Shown: positions 1-14,016 of the stretch, piece by piece
Layout: each line of letters begins with the position of its first letter
How positions within the stretch are numbered: the first letter of the stretch is position 1
NCBI GenBank assembly: GCA_951406725.2
Contig: OX597833.1
Location: 67,580,001 to 67,644,000 of the forward strand
Source: Octopus vulgaris
Lineage: Eukaryota
Length of the DNA: 64,000 nt
Direction of reading: 5' to 3'
The notes under the pieces: generated by a model
What the model was told of the DNA's origin: nothing
What the model saw: only the letters and a program-made list of their open reading frames with translations
Database searches by the model: none
Program-made: the position numbers and the translations under genes

Positions 1-3
1 TAC

Positions 4-37
<34 letters not shown>

Positions 38-60
38 GTATATATATGTATATATATATA

Positions 61-99
<39 letters not shown>

Positions 100-100
100 C

Positions 101-158
<58 letters not shown>

Positions 159-483
159 CGATCCCTATATCTTTATATATCTTATCCATATATTGATATA
201 TTTATATATATGTGTTACTGTATCCACGTATGTACGGTTTGTATGTATACATATATAAACGTGTGTAGATAGGCATGAACCGGCATTGTTGGAGGCATTG
301 TCAAATTCTCAGTAAAATAGATAGACAAGCGAAACATTAAAGAACAAACGATCATTGTGTTGCGTATCTTTGATCTTTATATCTCCGCATGAATAAATAT
401 TAAAACAGATGTGTTTAAATTTACTGATAGAACTAAGATAAACTTTTTTATATATTTTATGGCTATTTTTACGACTATTATTA

Positions 484-556
<73 letters not shown>

Positions 557-615
557 TCTCATTATTATTGCTGTTGTTAATTTTGTTATTATTATCATTA
601 TTATTATTATTATTA

Positions 616-677
<62 letters not shown>

Positions 678-689
678 CATTTATTATTA

Positions 690-727
<38 letters not shown>

Positions 728-858
728 GATCATTATTACTATTATTATTATTATGATTATCATTATTATTATTTCTGTTGTTTTTACGATTATTATTGTT
801 GTATTTTTCTTCCATTAGTTTTTATTTACTTTATAACTATCTGTCTAGCTGCTGCTAT

Positions 859-952
<94 letters not shown>

Positions 953-1161
953 CATTGTGATATTTTACATTCTCGCACGCATGCACACACATGCATACAC
1001 ATACAACACACATGTATAATAGTATATATACGTTCACATACTTTTATATATGTTTACTTGAATTCATATTCATTAATATATATACACACATATATATATA
1101 TGTGTGTGTCTATGTACATGTCTACATATATACATACATACATACATACACACACACATAC

Positions 1162-1194
<33 letters not shown>

Positions 1195-1242
1195 ATACAT
1201 ATACATATACACATACATACGTGCATAAACGTATATATGCAT

Positions 1243-1302
<60 letters not shown>

Positions 1303-1310
1303 CGCACATC
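1..1310. repeat. Compound microsatellite field: (TA)n, (TTA)n, (TG/CA)n
   Basis: Directly visible simple repeats; the ORFs here (poly-IY, poly-I, poly-N) are their translations. Confidence 0.95.
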
Positions 1311-3127
1311 TGTATCTAAGTATGAGTACCTACTTATATATAATATATGTAGTAACGTACGCGTGCACGCACATAGGAGCGCGCACATACACCTATATAT
1401 ATATATTCTATTTAACTTCATGTATTTTAGGAACAGTGTACGAAAAATAATATATATAAAAGTGAATTAAAACGAAAATGAAATTCTAAAAGATAAAAAG
1501 GAGATGAAGAACTTTTAACATATCTTTACTGCAATCAGCAATACTCTTTATTTCATTAGAAAAATTTATTCAGAGAACGAGGTTCAGCACCCAAGAACCT
1601 TACACATTCTATTTGTGTGATAAAATGTTAGTGTTGAATGATCAAACATAAAATATATTGGTCAATGTGAACGGGGAATATAGAGGAGCATAGCTGACGT
1701 TGAAAGCGAGAGCCTGGTTCGAGCGACGATTACAGATTTCGCTTTCCCACTCGAAAGCGGTGGCCTTATTTTACTTAATATTCCCTCCCATGGGAACAAA
1801 ATGTCCACATAAAATAGACGTAAAACAACAAAAAATTCTAAACACAGGAAAAATAGAAAAAACTGTTCAATAAAGGCAGAAGAGATGAAAATAATAGTTC
1901 GTATCAAAATAGTTCATAAAAGAAAGAGAAAGGAAAAAACAACAGTTCACAAAGAGTAAATAAAAATATATAGTTCCAGGCTGAAAAAAAATTTCAGGTC
2001 ACAATGGTACTCCGGCCCTATTCGATCCCGGCTTCGTTGCAGCTCTCAATTTGATGGTAAAATCCAATTCTTGCTTGTAACTAAGCAAAAAAAAAAAAAA
2101 TTAATCTCTTCTTCAAATCCATGATTTTCAAAATCTCTTAGTTGGTTTGAAAAGAACAATAATCTTTCTTCAAATTTTTTCTCCACTGTAGAGAAACAAC
2201 AATTCACTTCAAAACGTTCCGGCTTGCTGCTCCGGCTGTTCAAACAAGCCCACCGGCAACAAGCCCCACACACTATTGCTTGCTAAATAAGCAACAAATT
2301 CACCGCCAACCATAAGTGAAAATGCCCCAGAGCTGGGCAGAATAAACTGTAATAACAATAAAACACACAATAATTCTATCCAGCTCAGCAAAAAACAAAA
2401 CCGCTAACATTGACAGCGACTTTTTTTTCAAAGACGGAGCTATACAGCTACACGTCTTCCTTTGTTTACTTCAGCAAGCTACTACTTATCGAATGACTTT
2501 TATATTTGAATTCAATTAGATTTTATCCTTTCCAGAAGTATCATTGTTGAAGGTTCCCTATGCGTCTGACCAGTTATGCACGGATTTGTGTATAACTATA
2601 TAAAAAACAACTTGTAGGTACCAATCACGATAATCTTCTCTGTGCGCTATCCCTGTATTTATTCAAGCTGAAAGGCGTCCGGCGTTTTCCAATGATGGGT
2701 AGCATCAAAACAATGTTATCTCTAGTGTTGCTGCTTGGAGTCAAAGATGCTGTCCAAATCAAACCTTTAAAAGTTACACCAAATCCCAGCCCTGGATCCT
2801 TTTTTATCGACCCAAGAAATTTTGGAAGGTAAATTTGATCCAAACAGGATTTGAACTCAGCATAAAGTCGTAAGAAATATATACAACATTCGTTCTGCGA
2901 CTGTTACGACGTGGTCTAATCGTTTCTTTTGTTTGGCCTTAAATGCGTCTGCATGTTTATTGCACGATGCAAAGACCCCGGAATTGTCTTTCCCTTTATA
3001 TTAAAGGATAGAGCATCCTACGTTCTTGTTACTAAGTCTCCCGGATTGTCTGACGCTGCTAAATACATTCTTATCTTTGATACATGCACTTGATTCTCCT
3101 TCTTATCATTGTGTCCTCTACTGATAG

Positions 3128-3507
3128 AGGAGTGGCTGTGTGGTAAGTAGCTTGCTAACCAGCCACATGGTTCCGGGTTCAGTCCTACTGCGTGGCATCT
3201 TGGGCAAGTGTCTTCTGCTATAGCCACGGGCCGACCAAAGCCTTGTGAGTGGATTTGATAGACGGAAACTGAAAGAAGCCTGTCGTATATATGTATATAT
3301 ATGTGTGTGTGTGTCCCCCTAGCATTGCTTGCCAACAGATGCTGGTGTGTTTACGTCCCCATCACTTAGCGGTTCGGAAAAATAGACCGATAGAATAAGT
3401 ACTGGGCTTACAAAGAATAAGTCCCGGGATCGATTTGCTCGACTAAAGGCGGTGCTCCAGCATGGCCGCAGTCAAATGACTGAAACAAGTAAAAGAGTAA
3501 AAGAGTA
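3128..3507 (+). mobile_element. tRNA-derived SINE, family A (near full length)
   Basis: Head GGAGTGGCTGTGTGGTAAG...GGTTCAGTCC (A/B-box-like), internal (TA)/(TG) tract, tail GGCGGTGCTCCAGCATGGCCGCAGTCAAATGACTGAAACAAG(TAAAAGAG)n. Many copies in this window. Confidence 0.9.
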
Positions 3508-4567
3508 ATAATCTGAATAAATTTACAAGCCAATCTATGTTTCCTTAGGTTGCTTTCACGAGGTTTTCTCCTGTTATGCTTGCAGCAGATTGTATTTGTC
3601 TATGTCTATGAAGATACACAGTACAAACATCAGAGCACTGAATGGGAGTCACATGAGAAATGTATATTGACGCATGTTGACTCTTTGCTCTTTGACATCA
3701 CCTGTAACATTTCTTTCTCTCACCACTGATTTCCGCTCCAAAACACGAGCCCCTGTTGTTCATTTCAAAATTCCCTGTTACATCTTACTGTCACGTTTGA
3801 TTTGCAAGTCACGACCATACATACAGACCTCAGAAACATGTTCTATTTAATCAAAATTCTTATTTGATTGTATAATTTACCCATTCTCTTTGTTCTGCCT
3901 TTTTAATAATTAGCTAATTTGATACAACCTACAAACACACCCAAATCACTTTAGCTCGGTTTTGTTACGAGTATCCCTTGTTCTATCACGCTTATATTAC
4001 ACATCTTCCCCCATCCTACATTTCACACACACCCCTCAGATCATCGCTCTCTTAGTTGCCCTCTAACGCCTCCTTCAACGCCTCAACAGTTACACTTTTA
4101 TTCTAGTTTCCATTTCCTATATTATTACAGCGATCATGGCACTTCTACACATTCCATCTCCCTAGAGCTTAACTGTCCAAAACATTGGGTTATGTTTTCT
4201 ATCATGGACAGTCACGTCACTTAATCTCCCTGAGAACTAAATATGGATTAATTTCTACCGACAAATATCATTAAATGTTTCCCCGGATTCTGAGTTTTAA
4301 TCTACATATATCGATATTCATATCAAAGTATATCCATTCACGCGCATATGTGTGAGTATATATGCGCTGGTGTGTCAAAATGTACAGAATTTAAGTACTA
4401 TATTTATATAGGTGGATTTTACACACATACACACATGTAAACATATATAAATGTGTAAATATCCAAAGATATATATGCATATACATTTATGCACACTCGC
4501 ACGCGAGCATGCACGCACACACATATGTGAGTATGTTGTGTATTTGTCCGTATAAGTATGCGTGTAC

Positions 4568-5062
<495 letters not shown>

Positions 5063-5518
5063 CATACAGATGGATAGATTAATAGATAGACAAGCCATAT
5101 AGAGCTATAGGTATAGATATGCGTGTGTAAGGACAAGCGATAAAATCTTATGTACTCAATACATTATTTAGGTGGGCCGCAACAGTATTACCTGGTTATT
5201 ACTTGGATATTAAACAAGAAATCCTGCTGTAATGTAAGTCATCATGGAATCCACGGTTATGACAGGCGATACACCAATCAGCTAAGTGTTTTCGTGTCAA
5301 CGCTATGATATTTCGTTCATGATTACTACGAAGCAGTTTCCCATTGGACGATTTAGTTTGCATATTTAATATCGTTGCAAACTAAAAGCTTATGTTTCGA
5401 TAATTAGTATCGGATTCTAAACGTGATGCTTTGATGTACGTGGTCTCAAAGATATTTGTTCAAAGATTTCTGTATATTTTTACAGCCTATCTACAAATAT
5501 ACATACATACGTGTATGT

Positions 5519-5864
5519 GGTAATATGGTGACCCGTTCGGTCAGACACTGACCATGGGTTTGCACCTAGAGAGTTACCCTCTGAGGCACAAGTCTGGGCA
5601 AGGTTGTTTTTTATGGAAGACCAGCAGTCGCCCATGCATACCAGCCTCCCCTCTCCACGTCACCGATGTTGTCCAAGGGAAAGGCAAGGGCCGATACAGC
5701 TTGGCACCTGTGACGTCGCAACTCATTTCTACAGCTGAGTGAACTGGAGCAACGTGAGATAAAGTGTCTTGCTCAAGAACACAACACGCAGCCCGGTCCG
5801 GGATTCGAGCTCACAACCTCACGATCGTAAGCTCGACGCTCTAACCACTGAGCCACGCGCCTTC
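5519..5864 (-). mobile_element. tRNA-derived SINE, family C, full length with 14-bp TSD
   Basis: Minus strand begins GAAGGCGCGTGGCTCAGTGGTTAGAGCG...GAGCTCGAATCCC (A and B boxes). Flanked by the direct repeat ACATACGTGTATGT at 5505-5518 and 5865-5878. Confidence 0.9.
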
Positions 5865-6241
5865 ACATACGTGTATGTAAGGAGGGAAAAATCCAAGTTC
5901 TGTCCTCCGTGAGGCCATCAGCTTCCTCCGGTATAACAATCCAGCATGTAGATGCTGTAGTTGTTGTACTGAGGTTAGGCACAAATTAGAGTTGAAAATT
6001 CTGGAAATATTGTTTGCAGAATTAATAAATTACATCATAAGAAGTTTAAAACAATTTGTGACATTATTTATTCACCATTACACATATTTCTTTTGCTAAA
6101 GTTCGTCCAGCTGTTACAACTTTCTGATTCATATTAGCAACTGAAACCAAATGAAACACGTGTAATCATAAATAAATGATACCAAAAAGATTTTTCAACA
6201 CATACATATACATATATATTTACTTGTAAATTAATATATAC

Positions 6242-6275
<34 letters not shown>

Positions 6276-6401
6276 ATGTATGTATGTATGTATGTATGTA
6301 TGTATGTATGCATGTATATATATATATATATGTATAAATATATATATATATATATATATGTATAAATATATATTTGTATATATATATATATATATATATA
6401 T

Positions 6402-6620
6402 ACTCTTTACTCTTTTACTCTTTTACTTGTTTCAGTCATTTGACTGCGGCCATGCTGGAGCACCGCCTTTAGTCGAGCAAATCGACCCCGGGACTTATTC
6501 TTTGTAAGCCCAGTACTTATTCTATCGGTCTCTTTTGCCGAACCGCTAAGTGACGGGGACGTAAACACACCAGCATCGGTTGTCAAGCAATGCTAGGGGG
6601 ACAAACACAGACACACAAAC
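6402..6620 (-). mobile_element. SINE family A, 3' half
   Basis: Reverse complement of the 3310-3507 tail region. Confidence 0.9.
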
Positions 6621-6792
6621 AACATATATATATATATATACATATACACATATATCTATATATATTCATATATGCGTATATTTATACATACATACACACA
6701 CACATATATATATATATGCATTTAACATCCATGCCTATATGTGTTTGCACACATAAATGTATATGTATATTTATGTAGCACACACACACACG

Positions 6793-6874
<82 letters not shown>

Positions 6875-6877
<3 letters not shown>

Positions 6878-7108
6878 CTAGCTATGTTGGAGAGTCGTGT
6901 TCTTGAGCAAAACACCTCGTCTCACATTCGTCTGCGGTCACTTCAACACCTGATGCTCGGTACACCGTGCACACCTGTTCGGACAACGTCGATTTGGTCG
7001 AGAGAGTGATCATATGCGCCAAAATTTGATCACTATAAACAAGTCATTTGTGCAGGTCGTTCGGGAAAATCTGAACGTTCCTCCGTCGTCTTCCACGGGA
7101 CGACACTC
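6875..7108 (+). mobile_element. Degenerate SINE-like element
   Basis: Contains GTGTTCTTGAGCAAAACAC, the core shared with family C; the rest is distinct. Confidence 0.45.
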
Positions 7109-7779
7109 ACCCCCCACACATACACACACTTATATATTGAATATATCGTTGTTGTTATGCAAAAGTGTCGTAAGTCCAAAACGTTGCTTTTTCAGAAAAC
7201 GAAAAAAATTGTTTCGCCATTGCATATCAAAACCGTTGTCCTACACTTAGACAATTTTTGATATCTTTGGCATCTGAAGCAGCTGGAAATACGATAGTTT
7301 GATCAAAAGAACCGGTTATTGCAATCAAAAATAAATACTGATAAAAAAAACCCCACCTTTGATCAAATTTGGACATACGACAGTTAAACATAACAGCGAT
7401 GATATATACTGATGGATAAACAAATCGAATGGCACACGGTCGAGCCGTTTGCTATCCGGTCCTCAAAATATGAAGTATATCTATCAGTATGTACGATTCC
7501 CGACCGTCACTTCAAAAATTTCCTGAAGCGAATGCATGGGAAATAGAATATATATTGTCGGACTCACGGTGATAAACCGGTGGAGGACGATGATCTCTGG
7601 GCTTACCATCCCTGCAAAAAGTGTCAAAGAATGATTTACCACGTGCGTCACACGCATTGAGAGAGATTATTACACATGTATGTAGTTTACGTTCATAGCT
7701 TTCATTGGTATTCTTTGTAAACCATCTGCTGTCTTTATTTTAATGGTCTGTCAATATATACAGCGAGTTGCCTTGCCCT

Positions 7780-7912
7780 AGCTGAGTTAAATGGAGCAAC
7801 GTGAAATAAAGTGTCTTGCTCAAGAACACAACAAGCAGTCCGGTCCGGGAATCTAACTCACAACCTCACGATCGTAAGCTCGACGCTCTAAACACTGAGC
7901 CATGCGCCCTCA
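7780..7912 (-). mobile_element. SINE family C, 5' fragment
   Basis: Matches 5735-5864 (tRNA head and core). Confidence 0.85.
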
Positions 7913-7931
7913 CAACAATAATAATAACAAT

Positions 7932-8005
<74 letters not shown>

Positions 8006-8016
8006 TAATAATAATA

Positions 8017-8743
8017 AGACCAAAGCCTCCCCACCAGAAATTACCAAAAACATGTAATGAAAAGAAATATTTCAAGTAACTGCAGAATATGTGGAGATGG
8101 ACAAGAAACAATAAATCATATTATCTCTAGCTGCCCAGTCTTGGCTAAGAAGGAATATATTCACAGACATGACAGAGTTGGAACCTACATACATTGGAAG
8201 CTATGCCAACATTATGGAATAACAACAGAAAAAAGATGGTATAGGCACACACCAGAAAAGGTCACAGAAAACGAGAAAGCAACCATACTCTGGGATATGC
8301 CGATACACACAGATAGAGAAATTAAGGCCAACAGACCAGATATAGTTGTCAGAGATCATGAAGAAAAAAATGCTTTCTAATTGATGTATCAATACCGCCA
8401 GATGACAACGTGTCTCTAAAAGAAATGGAGAAACTCTCAAAATACAAAGACCTGGAAATAGAGGTAACTAGAATGTGGAATCTGAAAACAGAAACAATTC
8501 CTATCATAGTAGGTGCATTAGGCATGATAAAAAAATATTCAGACAAATACATAACAAAAACACCAGGACTTACAAACACATATAACATACAGAAAATTGC
8601 ACTACTAGGCACTGCACACATCCTACGCAGAACACTTTCCATACAATAACCAACAGAGCATCACAACAAATCACAGCACATACCCAAGGCACACAGAGCT
8701 GCGCTCGGTAGTGAAGTGAAAGCACGCTATAAAAATAAAACTA

Positions 8744-8747
<4 letters not shown>
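8017..8747 (+). mobile_element. 5'-truncated R4/Dong-type non-LTR retrotransposon (CCHC knuckle, restriction-like endonuclease, 3' UTR) in (TAA)n
   Basis: CRICGDGQETINHIISSC zinc knuckle, RHD motif, ILWD..IHTD...NRPDIVV...IDVS RLE motif, EKLSKYKDL, PIIVGALG. One frameshift in the A-run near 8365. (TAA)n on both sides, the known target of R4/Dong elements. Confidence 0.9.
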
Positions 8748-8810
<63 letters not shown>

Positions 8811-8883
8811 GGCGGTGCTCCAGTATGGCCCCAATGAAATGCCTGAAACAAGTAAAAGAAAAAACGAATAAAAGAATATATAC

Positions 8884-9240
8884 TCTTTACTCTTTTACTT
8901 GTTTCAGTCATTTGACTGCGGCCAGGCTGGAGCACCGCCTTTAGTCGAGCAAATCGACCCCAGGACTTATTCTTTGGAAGCCCAGTACTTATTCTATCAG
9001 TCTCTTTTGCCGAACCGCTAGGTGACGGGGACGTAAACACACCAGCTTCGGTTGTCAAGCAATGCTAGCGGGACAAACACAGACACACATACATATACAT
9101 ATATATATATATATATACATATATACGACAGGCTTCTTTCAGTTTCCCTCTACCAAATCGATTCACAAGGCTTTGGTCGGCCCGGGGCTACAGCAGGAGA
9201 CACTTGCCCAAGATGCCACGCAGTGGGACTGAATCCGGAA

Positions 9241-9243
<3 letters not shown>
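8884..9243 (-). mobile_element. SINE family A (lacks the extreme 5' end), tail-to-tail with a tail fragment at 8808-8860 (+)
   Basis: Reverse complement of 3170-3507. Confidence 0.9.
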
Positions 9244-9303
<60 letters not shown>

Positions 9304-9452
9304 AATTAAGTACCCGTCAAGTACTAGGGTCGTTAATAGTTCACAGTCCCAAAATTTCATGCCGTGTGCCTTAAGTAGAAAGGATTATTATTATTATTAA
9401 TATTATTATTATTATTAATATTATTATTATTATTATCAATGATGTTGTTATA

Positions 9453-9484
<32 letters not shown>

Positions 9485-9511
9485 CTTTTATACACACACA
9501 CACACATACAT

Positions 9512-9555
<44 letters not shown>

Positions 9556-9717
9556 CATATACTAAAGCCATCTGAATATGGCTAGGGACAGGGCAGGGTG
9601 GTGGGGGTGTTACTGTTGCATTTAGCCCCAGGCGAACATCGACGTCACCAGAAAGGCTCGACACCGTCACGGTGCCCTTAACCTGCAAAGGGAGGTAATT
9701 CCCCGATGAAGCGGAAA

Positions 9718-9767
9718 CCACACACGGACCATGGTTTCAAGGTGTATTGCCTATCATCGGCGTGTGG
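9718..9767 (-). ncRNA. Type I hammerhead ribozyme motif, copy 1 (U4C core variant)
   Basis: Minus strand: CCACACG-CCGATGA-TAGG caataca CCTT-GAAAC CATG GTC-CGTGTGTGG. Stem I CACACG/CGTGTG, palindromic stem III ACCATGGT, GUC triplet (predicted cut between 9727 and 9726). Confidence 0.72.
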
Positions 9768-10077
9768 TAGGCCTCCGCTTCCTCGACGAATTCTCACTCT
9801 GCAGGATTTTCTTATATAGATTTTCAAGCAAAATACATTTGCTGATTTCGAAAATCTGTTCGAAAGCAATAATAATTCTCTAAAAGGGATATAGACAGTA
9901 ACTGCTCGATAACATAAGGGACTAAAGCCATCTGAATATGGCTAGGGACAGGGCAGGGTGGTGGGGGTGTTACTGTTGCATTTAGCCCCAGGCGAACATC
10001 GACGTCACCAGAAAGGCTCGACACCGTCACGGTGCCCTTAACCTGCAAAGGGAGGTAATTCCCCGATGAAGCGGAAA

Positions 10078-10127
10078 CCACACACGGACCATGGTTTCAA
10101 GGTGTATTGCCTATCATCGGCGTGTGG
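10078..10127 (-). ncRNA. Type I hammerhead ribozyme motif, copy 2
   Basis: Identical to 9718-9767, 360 bp away (predicted cut 10087/10086). Confidence 0.72.
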
Positions 10128-11285
10128 TAGGCCTCCGCTTCCTCGACGAATTCTCACTCTGCAGGATTTTCTTATATAGATTTTCAAGCAAAATACATTT
10201 GCTGATTTCGAAAATCTGTTCATGTGTGTGTGTGTATCTTTATTTGAAAGATTGTTTATTCGCTTAATGGAACCACAAAAAGCAACATGGTCATAAAAAA
10301 TAACAATTTTCCCCCGTTCCGTCTAACTACTGTTTTTTTTTTATATTCAGCAAGTTAGATGTAACATCCTCTCTATATATGAATCTGCCTATCTTTCTGT
10401 CTCTCTCTTTCTGTCTGTCTCTCTCTGTCTGTCTCTCTCTGTCTCTCAGCCTTATTGCCCCTCTCTGTCGCTCCATCACCAGTCTCTCTCTCTTTGATAT
10501 TCAGCAACAGCCACACGCAGATTCACCGACGCTCGCACACGCACACACACACACAGAGAAACAGACAAAGACACACTCAAACACACCCACGCATATACAC
10601 ACATACCACACGCACAAACACATTCTTTCACACAAACATACACCACTCCAGACATACACATTCCGCCGCTCGCAAACGAAATTACCCCTATGTCTCTACC
10701 TCCTAACCAATATCAAACACACCACAAAAATGTCACCAATGCCATTTTCCGATGAGATTTCACGCCACTGCTTGTTCTAAAACCCCGTGGTGACCTTAAA
10801 AAAAAGTATTTTCCACGATGATATGGACGGGGGGCAGAGAAACGTTTTGATTTACGATCAATGTTGTGACATAGTTTGTCCATTTACGAGCGTCGTATGT
10901 AAGTAAAATGCCTCCATATTTGCGTTTATGTCATATATGCATCGACACAGCTCGGAAATTATCGATTATTTGTATGTCAGGTTATTTAGATAAAACATAA
11001 TGCATACAAAGGCAAAGATGTGTCCAGCGACAAATAGATGTACACATGCACGCTCACACACACATATACACAGGCACACACATACACTCACACAATTTCA
11101 CACATTCACACACGCGCCCGCATACACACATGTATCTATCCATACATCTTTCTCTCGCTTTCTATCTATCTATGTATCTATCTATCTATATATATATCAT
11201 ATATTATATATGCATGTGTATGTATGCGCACACATACATACATATGTATATATATATATATGTATATACATATATATATATGTGT

Positions 11286-11361
<76 letters not shown>

Positions 11362-11394
11362 GTAAATTTATATATATATATATATTCTTTTCTA

Positions 11395-11582
11395 CTTTAG
11401 GCACAAGGCCTGAAATTTGGGGGAAGTGGGGGCCAGTCGAACATATCGACTCAAGTGCTCAACTGGTACTTAATTTATCGACTCCGAGAGGATGAAAGGC
11501 AAAATCGACCTCGGTGGAATTTGAACTCTGAACGTAAAAACAGAGGAAATACCACCCGGCGTGCTAACGTTTCTACCAGCTT
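11395..11582 (-). mobile_element. tRNA-derived SINE, family B (diverged)
   Basis: Contains the reverse complement of GAGTTCAAATTCC...GGTCGA.TTTGCCTTTCATCC...GTCGATAAATTAAGTACCAG. Confidence 0.8.
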
Positions 11583-11591
11583 GACATATAT

Positions 11592-11725
11592 ATGAGGGGC
11601 TGCTGAGAAGTTCCTGGTTTTGCGTACAAGATGATACAGGTGGATAAACTAATTATGATTTCTTTCAACATATTCCGCTCGCAGATTGACACACATATTG
11701 CAGTGGTCCTTCAGCATATCTAAGT
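11592..11725 (-). mobile_element. mariner-like transposon 3' end remnant
   Basis: Minus strand encodes LKDHCNMCVNLRAEYVE, similar to the mariner C-terminal RW.KC....G.YVE motif. It is followed by a TIR-like end (GAGGGGCTGCTGAGAAGTTCC on +) next to TA. Confidence 0.55.
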
Positions 11726-12141
11726 CCTTTAAAAGTAAAATTAACAGTAAAATTGTTGGGCCTTAAAGCCAGAAGATTTTCACCACCTCCTCGTAAAAAT
11801 ACCTGTCTGCATCTGTATGTATCCTTATTTATACAGCTAATATGTTACCCTGATTAAATATGTCTTTAGTCTTTTCAGGGTCGATGAAATATCAATCACA
11901 TGTGCGAAAGGAATAATCGATCAACAATTTCTAGCTATTGTGTCAGTTATTGAGAATGAAAATTTTGGAAGGAGAACGTCATTGGTTATTATCGTATCAC
12001 GTGGACAATCCTTTGGCTGAATGAAATTCGAATGGAATATCGCAAATATTTCGTTCCAAAGTCGTCAATGTCTCTATAGCTATCACGGCTTTGGTGCAGC
12101 ACACAGACCATACACAGACACACACACACATATATATATGC

Positions 12142-12540
<399 letters not shown>

Positions 12541-12722
12541 TATAAATATGTGTGTGTATGTATATATAATTATATTTTTGTGTGTATGTACATAGATGCA
12601 TATCATATGTGTGAGTGTATTTATGCGTATGTGTATATTTTGTTCGAAAATTTCATGAACAGGCTTTTCTGTTGATTGGCACACACATGAACAGGCACAC
12701 ACATCGTCGTAATCAACGTAGT

Positions 12723-12764
<42 letters not shown>

Positions 12765-12959
12765 GGGCTTGTTTCAGTTTCCATCTACCCAATCCACTCA
12801 GCTGGCTTTGGTCGGTCCGAGGCTATGGTACAAGACCCTTGGCCAAGGTGCCAGGCATTGGGACTGAACTGGGATATTACTAACCACCGCATGAACATCA
12901 ACCTCTTTTAAACATTTGCGTGTGTTTATTCATATCTTTTTACAAAGAAATTTATATCA

Positions 12960-13410
12960 ATCAGATTTTTTAAGGAAGCTCTATTTCCTAGAGAGAACAC
13001 CTGAGAAATATGCAGTGATATACATATGGAACACCCTGGAAAGTCTAGCTCACAAGTCTGCAATTGAAGGCTATACCAACCACTGCACTGGACGGTAATG
13101 CGTAGTCCCAAAGACCATGTATCTTTTTTTTATCTAGAATAAAGTCCCAGTACTATAATGGCTTAGGTTTCGAGGGTCTCCAACTGTTCAGTATTCTGGC
13201 AAACATCCTCAGAGTGCGAAGTGCAAATGTGGAGTTCTGCAAAGAAATCCGTGGACAATAATTCATCTAAAAACCCAGAAGAACCGACATCGTGACTGGA
13301 GACATTTTTGAAGAGCAGCTTCGTCCGACTTGCTGCAAGACAGAAGAGAATTCCAATCACACTGATAGACGAGGGCCCCAGCATGGTCTCAGTCTCTGAC
13401 TGAAAAAAGC
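12960..13410 (+). mobile_element. Degenerate CR1-type LINE 3' end (same family as 22770-23520)
   Basis: LRKLYFLERTPEKYAVIYIWNTLE matches LNLFSLERRRERYAVIYIWKILE. Ends in GCCCCAGCATGGTCTCAGTCTCTGACTGAAA. Confidence 0.75.
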
Positions 13411-13707
13411 CAAAGATGAAAGATGAAAGACATTGTGTATCGTGAAGCTGATGTAGAAGGAAATAATTGCTCAAGGTACTGTGCAGTAAGTATTGAACTT
13501 AGAGCCACCTAATACCAGACACACGTTCTTAACTGCGTAGACATGCTTGCAAGCATGTTAGCTTCTCAGTACTTTCGTTATTGATCTTTTTTCTAGTGAT
13601 GTCGGACGAACTTTATTGTTCTTAGTGTCACTGCTTCTAGCTATTTCGTTTTTATCCTATGTTACTAATATATGTGCATGTGTGTGTATGTGTGTACATG
13701 TATATAC

Positions 13708-13766
<59 letters not shown>

Positions 13767-13786
13767 TCTATATATATATGTATATG

Positions 13787-13826
<40 letters not shown>

Positions 13827-13909
13827 TATGTATACTTACCTACGTACATATAAATACATATATATAAATATAGGATACATATATATAAGTATATATACAT
13901 GTATGTATA

Positions 13910-14016
<107 letters not shown>

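Larger units (their letters stand above)
9561..10221 (-). repeat. Tandem duplication with 360-bp period (about 1.8 units), hammerhead-containing, retrozyme- or pLTR-like
   Basis: 9561-9861 is repeated at 9921-10221 with no mismatch seen. Flanked by (TA)n and (TG)n. Confidence 0.93.

Noticed and set aside
5790-5864. tRNA-like sequence
   Set aside because: It is the head of a SINE with body and TSD, not a standalone tRNA gene.
9561-10221. CRISPR array or LTR pair interpretation of the direct repeats
   Set aside because: No short repeat-spacer periodicity, no TG...CA ends, PBS or internal domain; eukaryotic context.
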